Positions 20,430-29,517 of a stretch of DNA of 64,000 nt are shown piece after piece. Below the pieces are notes generated by a model, which worked only from the letters and a program-made list of their open reading frames with translations, was not told where the DNA came from and made no database searches. The translations under genes were made by a program, and so were the position numbers. The number at the start of each line of letters is the position of its first letter. Positions within the stretch are counted from its first letter, which is position 1. The stretch comes from Minisyncoccota bacterium (GTDB lineage Bacteria; Patescibacteriota; Microgenomatia; UBA1400; PJMF01): positions 7,135-71,134 of the forward strand of contig VFLK01000033.1 of the NCBI GenBank assembly GCA_009885085.1, written 5' to 3'.

Positions 20430-21746
20430 ATGACTGAATTTCACGTTACTGGAGGAACTCCTCTTCATGGATCAGTTAGAATTGGTGGTGCTAAGAATGC
20501 GTCATATAAATTGATGATAGCTTCTTTGCTCGCCGATACAGAATCAAGATTACTAAATTTCTCAAAAATAAGTGATGTGGAATTGGTTGCAGAAATAATT
20601 TCATATCTAGGAGCAGGTGTAAGTAAGGCAGGAGAAAGAGCAATTTTTATTGATCCAAAAGGTCTAAATTCATTTCAAATAGATAAAAATCATGGTGAGC
20701 AAGGCAGATTCTCAACCATGTTTATTCCAGCACTACTTACAAAATTTGGAGAAGCTAGAGTTCCAGCACCCGGTGGTGACAAAATTGGCGCACGCCCACT
20801 CGATAGACACTTTGAAGGACTTGAGGCTCTTGGCGCAACGGTAACTTTGGAAGATGGAATGTACGTTGCCAAAACTAAAGGCTTGGTCGGCAATACTTAC
20901 AAATTTTCAAAAAATAGCCATACGGGTACCGAAACTTTAATAATGGCAGCGGTCAAGGCAAAAGGAAAAACTATCTTAGAAAACGCTGCTCTAGAACCAG
21001 AGATTGATGACTTGATTTCTTACTTAAATGAAATGGGTGCAAAAGTTACAAGACTACCAAATAGAGTCATCGAAATTGAAGGAGTTGAGAAATTAACTGG
21101 AGCAATCCACAAAATTATCCCCGATAGAAACGAAGCTGTCAGTTATGCTTGCGCTGCGATTGCAACGCAGGGCGATGTCACGATTGAAAATGCTAGACCA
21201 GAACACCTTACAGAATTCTTAAAAAAACTTGACGAAATTGGAGCTGGTTTTGAAGTTGGAAATTATGGAATGAGATTTTATTACAAAGGTCCTCTCAAAG
21301 CCACAAATATTACCACTTCTATCGAGCCTGGCTTTATGACTGATTGGCAACCACTGATGGCAACTGTCCTAACTCAGTGTGAAGGCACAAGTATTCTTCA
21401 TGAAACAATCATGGCAAACAGATTTCAATATGTTGAAGAACTAGCTCAAATGGGGGCAAAAATTGAAAAGTTCAACCCTGAAGTTTCAAATCCAGAAGAA
21501 ACTTATAACTTTGATACTAAAGATGATAAAGAAGAGTACAGGCATGCAATCAAAATTCATGGCAAAACTCCGCTAACTGCTGGAGAATTTGAAGTCAAAG
21601 ACTTAAGACATGGCGCAACTTTAATATTAGCTGCTATGGCTGCAAAAGGAACTACAATTATTAGAAACATTGAACACGTTGATAGAGGATATGAGTCACT
21701 TGACGAAAGATTGAAATCAATGGGTGCAAAGATCGTCAGAAAGTAA
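20430..21746 (+). CDS. murA: UDP-N-acetylglucosamine 1-carboxyvinyltransferase MurA
   Basis: FHVTGGTPLHGSVRIGGAKNASYKLMIASLLA N-terminus. Confidence 0.9.
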   Translation: MTEFHVTGGTPLHGSVRIGGAKNASYKLMIASLLADTESRLLNFSKISDVELVAEIISYLGAGVSKAGERAIFIDPKGLNSFQIDKNHGEQGRFSTMFIPALLTKFGEARVPAPGGDKIGARPLDRHFEGLEALGATVTLEDGMYVAKTKGLVGNTYKFSKNSHTGTETLIMAAVKAKGKTILENAALEPEIDDLISYLNEMGAKVTRLPNRVIEIEGVEKLTGAIHKIIPDRNEAVSYACAAIATQGDVTIENARPEHLTEFLKKLDEIGAGFEVGNYGMRFYYKGPLKATNITTSIEPGFMTDWQPLMATVLTQCEGTSILHETIMANRFQYVEELAQMGAKIEKFNPEVSNPEETYNFDTKDDKEEYRHAIKIHGKTPLTAGEFEVKDLRHGATLILAAMAAKGTTIIRNIEHVDRGYESLDERLKSMGAKIVRK

Positions 21747-21760
21747 TAGAATTAACCAAT

Positions 21761-22804
21761 ATGAATTCCCTTGCACTACTTTTAAGTATTCTTATTCTAT
21801 CTTTTATCGTAACTAGCATTGCAATTATTCCATTCATCAATCTTCTCTACAAAATAAAATTTCAACGCGCTCAACAAGAATCTAGAGACACTTTTGGAGT
21901 GTTAACACCGATATTTAATAAATTCCATAAATCAAAAGCCGGAGTTCCAGTCGGTGGTGGATTACTAGTTATCGCTGTAGTTACTGTTCTATTTATAGTG
22001 TTATTTCCCTTGATTGAATATTCCGGAGTTGATCTCACTAGCAACTACGCAAAAATTCATTCCGAAATAAACATTATTTTCTTTACATTTTTGTCGTTTG
22101 GACTTTTAGGTCTTTATGATGATATTAAGAAGTTCTTCAATTTCAAAATAAAAGGTCTTTTTGGTCTAAGAATGAAACACAAATTTATTTTTGAAATTAT
22201 TCTTTCCTCTGCGGTTGCTGTAATGTTATATTCTCATCTTGGAATCTCCATTCTTCATGTACCATTTATTGGAACCTTTGATTTAGGCATATTTTTTATT
22301 CCTTTCGCAACATTTACAATTGTTTCTTTTGCAAATGCGGTTAACATCTCAGATGGATTAGACGGTTTAGCTGCAGGCTCACTGATGATTTCTTTATTTG
22401 GATTATGGTTTTTATCTTCAGCTATTCTCGACGTGCCAGTATCAATTTTCTTGGCTCTTTTTATTGGCTCACTTATTTCATTTTTATATTTTAACGTTTT
22501 CCCAGCAAGAATTTTTATGGGTGATGTGGGCTCTTTAGCCTTTGGCGCAACTTTAGCAGTAGTTGGATTGCTTTTGGGCAAGGTAATTGCTTTAGTTGTA
22601 ATTAGCTTTATCTTTGTCCTTGAAATTTCAACTTCGCTACTCCAACTTCTCTCAAAAAAGTTTTTAAAGAGAAAGATATTTCCAGCAGCACCAATTCATT
22701 TAAGTTTGCAAAAATTAGGCTGGGAAGAACCAAAAATTGTTCAAAGAGCTTGGTTGTTACAAATAATGCTAACCATATTTGGTGTTTGGCTAGCTGTTCT
22801 CTAA
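21761..22804 (+). CDS. mraY: phospho-N-acetylmuramoyl-pentapeptide transferase MraY
   Basis: NAVNISDGLDGLAAG motif, polytopic membrane protein. Confidence 0.9.
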   Translation: MNSLALLLSILILSFIVTSIAIIPFINLLYKIKFQRAQQESRDTFGVLTPIFNKFHKSKAGVPVGGGLLVIAVVTVLFIVLFPLIEYSGVDLTSNYAKIHSEINIIFFTFLSFGLLGLYDDIKKFFNFKIKGLFGLRMKHKFIFEIILSSAVAVMLYSHLGISILHVPFIGTFDLGIFFIPFATFTIVSFANAVNISDGLDGLAAGSLMISLFGLWFLSSAILDVPVSIFLALFIGSLISFLYFNVFPARIFMGDVGSLAFGATLAVVGLLLGKVIALVVISFIFVLEISTSLLQLLSKKFLKRKIFPAAPIHLSLQKLGWEEPKIVQRAWLLQIMLTIFGVWLAVL

Positions 22805-22806
22805 GC

Positions 22807-22850
22807 CAGGAACTCATGCACGGCAAATCAGGAACTCATGCACAGTAAAT
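22807..22850. repeat. tandem 22-bp duplication (caggaactcatgcacggcaaat / caggaactcatgcacagtaaat) spanning the annotated ftsW start codon
   Basis: two adjacent near-identical 22-mers read directly; only the second copy's ATG (22838) is in frame with ftsW. Confidence 0.8.
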
Positions 22851-23920
22851 TAGAATCTCCGCCCAAAAATTACCTTGTTTTGTTCGTGGTAACCTTAATA
22901 ATGAGCTTGCTTGGCTTATTATTCGTTTTCGAAGCTTCTACAGCTGAGAGCTTTTTACTATTTGGCAACCAATATCATTTTTTAATACAACATGGCATTG
23001 GACTAGTTTTTGGTTTAATTGTACTTGGTATTGCGACCATGATTCCCTCTCAATTTTGGATCAAGAGCTCTTTAATTTGGTATATTTTGGGCCTGAGTTT
23101 ATTACTGCTAGTTTTTGTCCCTGGGTTAGGAATTGAGCTAAACGGGGCAAGGAGATGGATATCAATTGGTAGTGCAAGATTTCAATCGATAGAGTTTTTT
23201 AAATTTGGATTAATTGCCTTTTTTGCAAATTGGCTTAGCAAACATCAAAAATTTCCACCTTTTTTATTTTTGACAGGTTTACCAGCACTACTAGTTATTT
23301 TGCAGCCAGATCTTGGCTCACTTTTACTTCTGTTAGCAATAGCAGGTAGCATGTATTTTGTTGCTGGAGGAGATATAAAAAAGATTTTGGGATTATTATC
23401 AATCGGTATTCCAATACTAATTATGATAATTATTTTTTCTCCATACAGATTGAAACGCCTAACTACATTTATAAATCCAGAATCAGATCCGCTTGGTGCT
23501 AGTTTTCACATTAGGCAAATTACTTTGGCATTGGGTCGAGGTGGCTGGACTGGACAAGGAATTGGCAACTCAAACCAAAAATATTCCTATATTCCAGAAG
23601 CTAGCACCGACTCAATTTTTTCTATAATTGCTGAAGAAATTGGATTTCTAGGATCATTAGCAATTTTTAGTTTGTTTATAATTTACTTTTACAATGCAAA
23701 TAAAATAGTTTCTGACTCGAAAAAAACTAAATCTATTAAATTGCTAGGCTTTGGAATTATAATCTGGATAGGGATACAAGTAATACTTAATTTGAGCGCT
23801 GTTGTAGGATTGGTACCTCTCACTGGAGTACCACTTCCATTTTTCTCATATGGAAGATCAGCTCTAGTAATGTTACTCTTTGCGACAGGTATCTTAATAA
23901 GAATTGGTAAAGAAACGTAA
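22838..23920 (+). CDS. ftsW: SEDS-family peptidoglycan glycosyltransferase FtsW
   Basis: multi-TM, PDLGSLLLLLAIAGSMYFVAGG motif, position between mraY and murG. Confidence 0.8.
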   Translation: MHSKLESPPKNYLVLFVVTLIMSLLGLLFVFEASTAESFLLFGNQYHFLIQHGIGLVFGLIVLGIATMIPSQFWIKSSLIWYILGLSLLLLVFVPGLGIELNGARRWISIGSARFQSIEFFKFGLIAFFANWLSKHQKFPPFLFLTGLPALLVILQPDLGSLLLLLAIAGSMYFVAGGDIKKILGLLSIGIPILIMIIIFSPYRLKRLTTFINPESDPLGASFHIRQITLALGRGGWTGQGIGNSNQKYSYIPEASTDSIFSIIAEEIGFLGSLAIFSLFIIYFYNANKIVSDSKKTKSIKLLGFGIIIWIGIQVILNLSAVVGLVPLTGVPLPFFSYGRSALVMLLFATGILIRIGKET

Positions 23921-23934
23921 ATTAAAGGCATTAA

Positions 23935-25062
23935 ATGAAAATATTAATCACTGGGGGACACCTAACACCAGCACTAGCTTTCATCGATTTTATTAACAAA
24001 AATCATCCAGAAGACAAAATCATTTTTCTTGGCAGGACTCACACACAAAATAAAACTAAGCAAGAATCTAGAGAAAAACAAGAAACTGCAAAAAAAGGTG
24101 TTCTTTTTATTCCATTCAAATCAATTAAACTTTCAAGAAATAACATTTTTGAAAAATTAAAAGTCGCGCCTTTATTAATTGCCTCTACGCTTAGAGCAAT
24201 AGTTATTCTTGGCAAAAATAAACCGAATATATTTGTTTCATTTGGAGGTTATCTGGCAGTTCCGGTTACATTTGCTGCATGGATTATGAGGGTGCCAATA
24301 GTAACTCACGAACAAACAAGAACGGCTGGAATTGCTAATAGATTAATCTCAAAGTTTGCAGATAAAATCGCAGTTTCATATGAAGATACCATTAAATATT
24401 TTCCTGCTAACAGAACATTATTTACTGGAAACTTAATTAGAAAAAATGTACTAAATACAAATAACTCCAGACCAAAATGGATTGAGAAAAAACTAAAAAA
24501 TCCTGTGCTTTATGTAACTGGAGGCAGTCAAGGATCTGAGGTAATTAATCACACTATTTCGCAAATCATAAAAGTATTAACTAGAGACTGGACTGTAATA
24601 CATCAATGTGGAAACTCAACCAAATCAAGAAATTACAAAAAAGAATTAACTCAAGAAAAAGATCACCTTCCGATGAGTAATAGAAATAATTATTATATTA
24701 GAGAATGGCTCAATGAAGAAGAACTTTCATGGATCTATTCAAATACTAAAATCATTGTTTCAAGGGCTGGTGCTAATACCACAGAAGAAATTGCTATAAA
24801 AGGAATTCCATCTGTTTTAATTCCACTACCATTTTCACACAATGATGAACAATTAAAAAATGCTCAAGCACTATCTAACAAAAGCCAAGCGATTTTATTA
24901 GAACAGAAATTTTTAAATCCAAAAACCTTGCTTGAAAGCATAGAACTAATCAATAAATACAGTAAAAAGTTTTCTAGAAATCTGGAAATGGTTTCTAAGT
25001 CACTTAATTCTGAAATCAAATTATATGAGCTGGTAAAAAAGGTTGTTGATAAAAATGCTTAA
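23935..25062 (+). CDS. murG: UDP-GlcNAc:lipid I N-acetylglucosaminyltransferase MurG
   Basis: MKILITGGHLTPALAF N-terminus and YVTGGSQGS motif. Confidence 0.85.
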   Translation: MKILITGGHLTPALAFIDFINKNHPEDKIIFLGRTHTQNKTKQESREKQETAKKGVLFIPFKSIKLSRNNIFEKLKVAPLLIASTLRAIVILGKNKPNIFVSFGGYLAVPVTFAAWIMRVPIVTHEQTRTAGIANRLISKFADKIAVSYEDTIKYFPANRTLFTGNLIRKNVLNTNNSRPKWIEKKLKNPVLYVTGGSQGSEVINHTISQIIKVLTRDWTVIHQCGNSTKSRNYKKELTQEKDHLPMSNRNNYYIREWLNEEELSWIYSNTKIIVSRAGANTTEEIAIKGIPSVLIPLPFSHNDEQLKNAQALSNKSQAILLEQKFLNPKTLLESIELINKYSKKFSRNLEMVSKSLNSEIKLYELVKKVVDKNA

Positions 25063-25726
25063 ATTAAAAAAGATATTTTTTTTAGTTTTTTGGCCAATTA
25101 CGATATTTTTTTTGTTTATATTTGTATTTAAAATTGGTGTGATTAATTGCCAAGTTGCTGAAAATAATTGCAGCCAAGAACTTTATCAAAAACTCGAAGT
25201 CCTAAAAGGGAAATCTTTGTTCTTTGTAAATATTGATGAGGAACTAGCTAACAATGAAATTAGTACCGAAACTATTCTTCTTCAAAATTACCAAAAAACA
25301 TTTCCCGGAACTATATTACTTGAGTTTTCTGAAGAAAAAGTAGCATATCAACTAATTACAGAAGAGAATCAGTTATTTATTAGTGAGTTTGGAAACGTTT
25401 TACCAAGCAATCAAAACGTTAATGGTCTGCCACAAGTGAGTTGGAATTCAACATTAAGCGACGAATCACATTCTAAAATAATAAAAATCTTGGACAGCGT
25501 CAAAGGCACAAATTTTACTATTAATAATATTTCCAGATTAAATAACCAAGAAATTAGAATTGATATTAAAGATAATCCTCAAATAATAATTGATGAAGAC
25601 TCAATAGACTCAAAAGTTGGTATACTAGTTACACTACTAAACTCACGAGAAATAAAAGAATACGAAGAGCCTATTAAAGAGATTGATCTGCGTTTTAATT
25701 TACCAGTACTACGCACAGCTCAATAA
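25043..25726 (+). CDS. ftsQ: cell division protein FtsQ/DivIB-like (bitopic, POTRA-type)
   Basis: N-terminal TM helix then extracytoplasmic domain; position between murG and ftsA. Confidence 0.55.
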   Translation: MLIKMLKLKKIFFLVFWPITIFFLFIFVFKIGVINCQVAENNCSQELYQKLEVLKGKSLFFVNIDEELANNEISTETILLQNYQKTFPGTILLEFSEEKVAYQLITEENQLFISEFGNVLPSNQNVNGLPQVSWNSTLSDESHSKIIKILDSVKGTNFTINNISRLNNQEIRIDIKDNPQIIIDEDSIDSKVGILVTLLNSREIKEYEEPIKEIDLRFNLPVLRTAQ

Positions 25727-25728
25727 AT

Positions 25729-27060
25729 TTGATATTCTATAGAAACTATATGCCACAAAACAGAATTGTTACCGCCATTGATGTTGGAACTGACAAGTGT
25801 GTTAGTCTGATTGCATCAATTGAAGAAGCAACGCAAACACTCAGAGTTATGGGTGTTTCCGCAGTCCCATCAAGAGGAATGAAACGCAGTCAAATAATTG
25901 ATCTAGAAAAAGTGCTCGAAACAATTACTGAAAGCCTTGATGGAGCAGAAAGAATGGCAGGACTTGATGTAAAAAGTGCATATGTTTCAATTTCTGGAAC
26001 TCACATATCATCTCAAAATTCAAAAGGTGTAGTGGCCGTTGCCTCTCCAAATAAAGAAATAATACCTGAGGATGTAGATCGAGTTATTGAAGCTGCAAGA
26101 GCTGTTTCATTGTCGTCTGACAGAGAAATTATTCACGTAATTCCAAAAGATTTTAGAGTTGATTCGCAAACTGGTATTAAAGATCCAATTGGAATGACAG
26201 GCGTCAGGCTTGAATCTGAAGCTCATATCATTACTGGTTTATCAACATCACTTAGAAATATGGAAAAGTGCATTAATGATCTCGGTCTAAACGTTGATGC
26301 ATTTATTTTTTCAGGCCTAGCATCTGCCGATGTAGTCATTTCTGAAACTGAAAAAGAACTTGGAGTGGCAGTCGTAGATATTGGAGCAGGCTCAACTTCA
26401 CTTTGTGTTTATGTTGATGGATCACTAGAATATTCTGCATCTCTTCCCGTTGGAGCAAGACATATTACTCAAGATATTGCTTTGGGTTGTAAAATTAGTC
26501 TAGACACCGCTGAAAAACTTAAAATTGCTCTCTCAAAAGAAGCTTTTAAACCTTTGGCTCCGATCTCAGGTGAATCAAAACAAGATTTTAGTGCAAGAAA
26601 GAAAAAGGCTGATCAACTGAAATTGTCAGATTTTGATAGTACCTCAACAGAAACAGAAACATTGTCAAAAATGGAAGTTGTCGAAAAAATTATGCTTCCA
26701 AGAATGCAAGAGATTTTTTCTCTGATTGGTGATCATCTTAAAAAAGAAAACTTATTCCCACTTATTCCTGCTGGAATAGTAATTACAGGTGGTGGTGCCG
26801 AAACAACAAAGATTGTTGAAGTTGCTAAGCGCGAATTAAATCTTTCTGCCAGAATTGGAAAACCAGTAGAACTCGAAGGCCTGACATCAGATATTAAAAA
26901 ACCTGGATTCGCAACCAGCATCGGACTGCTTCAATATGGCAAGAGAGAAGGTGGCGGCACAGTTGCCAGAAGTTTTAACTTTGGATCAATTTTTAAAGGA
27001 TTTTCTCTAGGTTCATTTACTAAAATGTTCAGTAAACTCTTCAAGTCTTTAATGCCCTAA
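25729..27060 (+). CDS. ftsA: cell division protein FtsA
   Basis: IVTAIDVGTDKCVSLIAS actin-fold N-terminus; alternative start at 25750. Confidence 0.85.
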   Translation: MIFYRNYMPQNRIVTAIDVGTDKCVSLIASIEEATQTLRVMGVSAVPSRGMKRSQIIDLEKVLETITESLDGAERMAGLDVKSAYVSISGTHISSQNSKGVVAVASPNKEIIPEDVDRVIEAARAVSLSSDREIIHVIPKDFRVDSQTGIKDPIGMTGVRLESEAHIITGLSTSLRNMEKCINDLGLNVDAFIFSGLASADVVISETEKELGVAVVDIGAGSTSLCVYVDGSLEYSASLPVGARHITQDIALGCKISLDTAEKLKIALSKEAFKPLAPISGESKQDFSARKKKADQLKLSDFDSTSTETETLSKMEVVEKIMLPRMQEIFSLIGDHLKKENLFPLIPAGIVITGGGAETTKIVEVAKRELNLSARIGKPVELEGLTSDIKKPGFATSIGLLQYGKREGGGTVARSFNFGSIFKGFSLGSFTKMFSKLFKSLMP

Positions 27061-27138
27061 ATTGCACTTGATGTTCGCTTCAACTTAGTGATACACTTTG
27101 TCATTAAGAGTACTAGTCTATACAATCGAGATTATCAT

Positions 27139-28482
27139 ATGGCACTTGTTAAACCCACAAACACAACTTTCGCAAAAATTAAAGTTATCGGTGTCGGTGG
27201 TGGTGGTGGAAATGCTGTTAACTCGATGATCGACTCTGAACAAATACATGGCGTTGAGTTTATTGCAGTTAATACTGATGCTCAGGCACTTCTAACTTCC
27301 AAAGCAGAAACTAAACTACAAATTGGCACAAATTTTACCAAGGGTTTGGGATCTGGAGCAGACCCTGAAGTTGGTAGAACTGCTGCCGAAGAATCATACG
27401 ACAAACTCAAAGATTTGCTTTTCGATACTGACATGGTTTTTATTACCGCTGGCATGGGTGGTGGCACTGGAACTGGTGCTTCATCGATAATCGCTGAGAT
27501 TGCACGTGAAGCCGGTGCATTAACTGTTGCTGTCGTTACAAAACCATTTGCATTTGAAGGTAAAAAAAGAATGGCAACAGCTGAAGAAGGTGTCGCCAGT
27601 CTTAAAGACACCGTCGATACATTGATTATCATTCCCAACCAAAGATTGATGGATGTGGTTGATAAAAAAATGACCTTTCTTGATGCTTTTAGGTTGGCTG
27701 ATAATGTTCTTGGCCAAGGTGTCCAAGGAATTTCCGATCTAATCACAGTTCCAGGACTTATTAATGTAGATTTCGCTGATGTTAAAACCATTATGTCTGA
27801 ATCTGGCTCGGCTTTAATGGGTATTGGAGAAGCTAGTGGAGAAAATAGAGCTGCAACTGCAGCAAGAATGGCAATCGCCTCGCCACTATTGGAAATTTCT
27901 ATAGATGGAGCCAAAGGCATCCTCTACAACATTATTGGTGGACCTGACATGGCCATGAGTGAAGTTTCAGATGCTTCGACAATTATTGCCAACGCTGCAG
28001 ATCCTGAAGCAAATATAATCTTTGGAGCTACGATCGACGAAACGATGGGGACAAAGATCAAAATTAGTGTGATCGCCACCGGGTTTGATAGTGATGATTT
28101 AAAATTACCTTCAAATAGACCTCTATTTGGCGCATATGGCAGAGACTCAAGAAATAGATTTAAACAGGAAGCAGAAGAGAAAAAAGAACCAGCTGCTTTA
28201 AAATATGACAGAACTCCAACCGGATTTACTCAACCTCTTTCGACAGCCCAAATTTCATCAACCAAAAATGATGAAGTTACTGAGCCTTTTGTAAAATCTC
28301 AAGCTTTTGGAGACAGAGTAAACAATAACACTGGCTTTAGAGCAGTCAATCCTTTGATTGAAAAATCTGATGATGACTCTGATACTAAATCAAAACCAGA
28401 AGAAAAAAAGAAGTCTATCTTAAGCGCATTTGAGGATGAGTTCGAAATTCCAGCTTTTTTAAGAAGAAATAAAAAAAGCTAA
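27139..28482 (+). CDS. ftsZ: cell division GTPase FtsZ
   Basis: [15 protein letters not shown] and GGGTGTGA tubulin signature, conserved C-terminal EIPAFLRR peptide; start chosen at the internal ATG (the ORF-track 27088 start is also possible). Confidence 0.9.
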   Translation: MALVKPTNTTFAKIKVIGVGGGGGNAVNSMIDSEQIHGVEFIAVNTDAQALLTSKAETKLQIGTNFTKGLGSGADPEVGRTAAEESYDKLKDLLFDTDMVFITAGMGGGTGTGASSIIAEIAREAGALTVAVVTKPFAFEGKKRMATAEEGVASLKDTVDTLIIIPNQRLMDVVDKKMTFLDAFRLADNVLGQGVQGISDLITVPGLINVDFADVKTIMSESGSALMGIGEASGENRAATAARMAIASPLLEISIDGAKGILYNIIGGPDMAMSEVSDASTIIANAADPEANIIFGATIDETMGTKIKISVIATGFDSDDLKLPSNRPLFGAYGRDSRNRFKQEAEEKKEPAALKYDRTPTGFTQPLSTAQISSTKNDEVTEPFVKSQAFGDRVNNNTGFRAVNPLIEKSDDDSDTKSKPEEKKKSILSAFEDEFEIPAFLRRNKKS

Positions 28483-28494
28483 TTTTAATCTTTT

Positions 28495-28586
28495 TATGAT
28501 TTGTTGTAACGTTAATTAGTTTCGCTAGATTTAGCGAATAATTGTAAATCAACGCTCCACAAGATTAACTTATACAACAAATCATA
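28495..28586. repeat. 14-bp perfect inverted repeat (tatgatttgttgta ... tacaacaaatcata) with 64-nt spacer containing an inner hairpin, downstream of ftsZ
   Basis: read directly. Confidence 0.6.
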
Positions 28587-28652
28587 AAATTTATTAACTC
28601 TATTTCTCACAAAAAAAATCTGAAATGTTCTATAATAAATAGAATTAGAGTG

Positions 28653-28726
28653 CGGGTATAGTTCATCGGTAGAATGCTAGCTTCCCAAGCTGGATAGAGG
28701 AGTTCGACTCTCCTTACCCGCTCCAA
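28653..28726 (+). tRNA. tRNA-Gly (anticodon CCC), CCA encoded
   Basis: manual cloverleaf: acceptor gcgggta/tacccgc, D-arm gttc/gaat, anticodon stem ctagc/gctgg, loop ttCCCaa, T-arm aggag-ttcgact-ctcct, discriminator t, CCA; TATAAT at about 28632 upstream. Confidence 0.85.
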
Positions 28727-28777
28727 ATGTTCAAAGTTCATAAGAAAATTACTAGGAAATTACATAAAATAACAATT

Positions 28778-29167
28778 ATGTACAAAAAACTATTAAAACT
28801 TGCCGCATGGAAAAAGATACTTATTGCTGTGGTTTTAGGGCTAATTACATTTGTTGGTTGGTTCGTATACGAAATTACTACTGATGAACCACCTAATTTC
28901 TTTCCCTTAAATGATGTCCAAGCAGAGTATAGAGGAAATAATGTTCAATGGAAAGAAGACCACAGTAATTCTAACTTTTTTAGCATAACAATTGGAAAAA
29001 GTAATATTGACCTGGAATCTTATATAGGTAAAAAAGTCAAAAACCTGTTTGAGCACCTAATAATATGGCGACTCCTACAGGCACTGATATGGAAAGATTG
29101 TCATAAAAGACTAGGCCAGTTCTGGCCAATCCAATTTCTCCTGCAACAACCAAACCAAAACAAGTGA
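28778..29167 (+). CDS. small hypothetical membrane-anchored protein immediately 3' of tRNA-Gly
   Basis: ORF 28727..29167 abuts the tRNA; internal ATG 28778 followed by TM helix ILIAVVLGLITFVGWFVY; no family recognised. Confidence 0.35.
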   Translation: MYKKLLKLAAWKKILIAVVLGLITFVGWFVYEITTDEPPNFFPLNDVQAEYRGNNVQWKEDHSNSNFFSITIGKSNIDLESYIGKKVKNLFEHLIIWRLLQALIWKDCHKRLGQFWPIQFLLQQPNQNK

Positions 29168-29317
29168 TCAGAAATATGACCAATTTTATTGTTGGGCTTA
29201 TCATTGTTTCTCTCCCATCTCCCGACCAAGGATCTGAGGTTTCTTGAAGATTAAATCGACTCTTCTACAGAATTTGTAAAATGTCGATTCACTCTCCAAG
29301 ATATTTGCATTATACAT

Positions 29318-29357
29318 CAATGATAAATAGGAAATCGTTATTTATCATTGTTATAAT
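29318..29357 (+). promoter_or_regulatory. perfect 12-bp palindrome (caatgataaata-N8-tatttatcattg) abutting a TATAAT -10 box; candidate operator and promoter of the downstream four-gene operon
   Basis: palindrome 29318..29350 and TATAAT 29352..29357 read directly; about 160-nt leader to the 29518 start. Confidence 0.4.
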
Positions 29358-29517
29358 CAAAAAATGCCAACCTCAATCTAAGTTTTTATCCAACTTCCTC
29401 ACCAATTCCAGCTTTCCAAAATGAGCTGACAAAATATAAAATCTCCAAGGATACTATCCAATATTCACTTTACACATCTTATTTACTTCCAGTCATAAAA
29501 AGTGTAGTTTTAAATAT

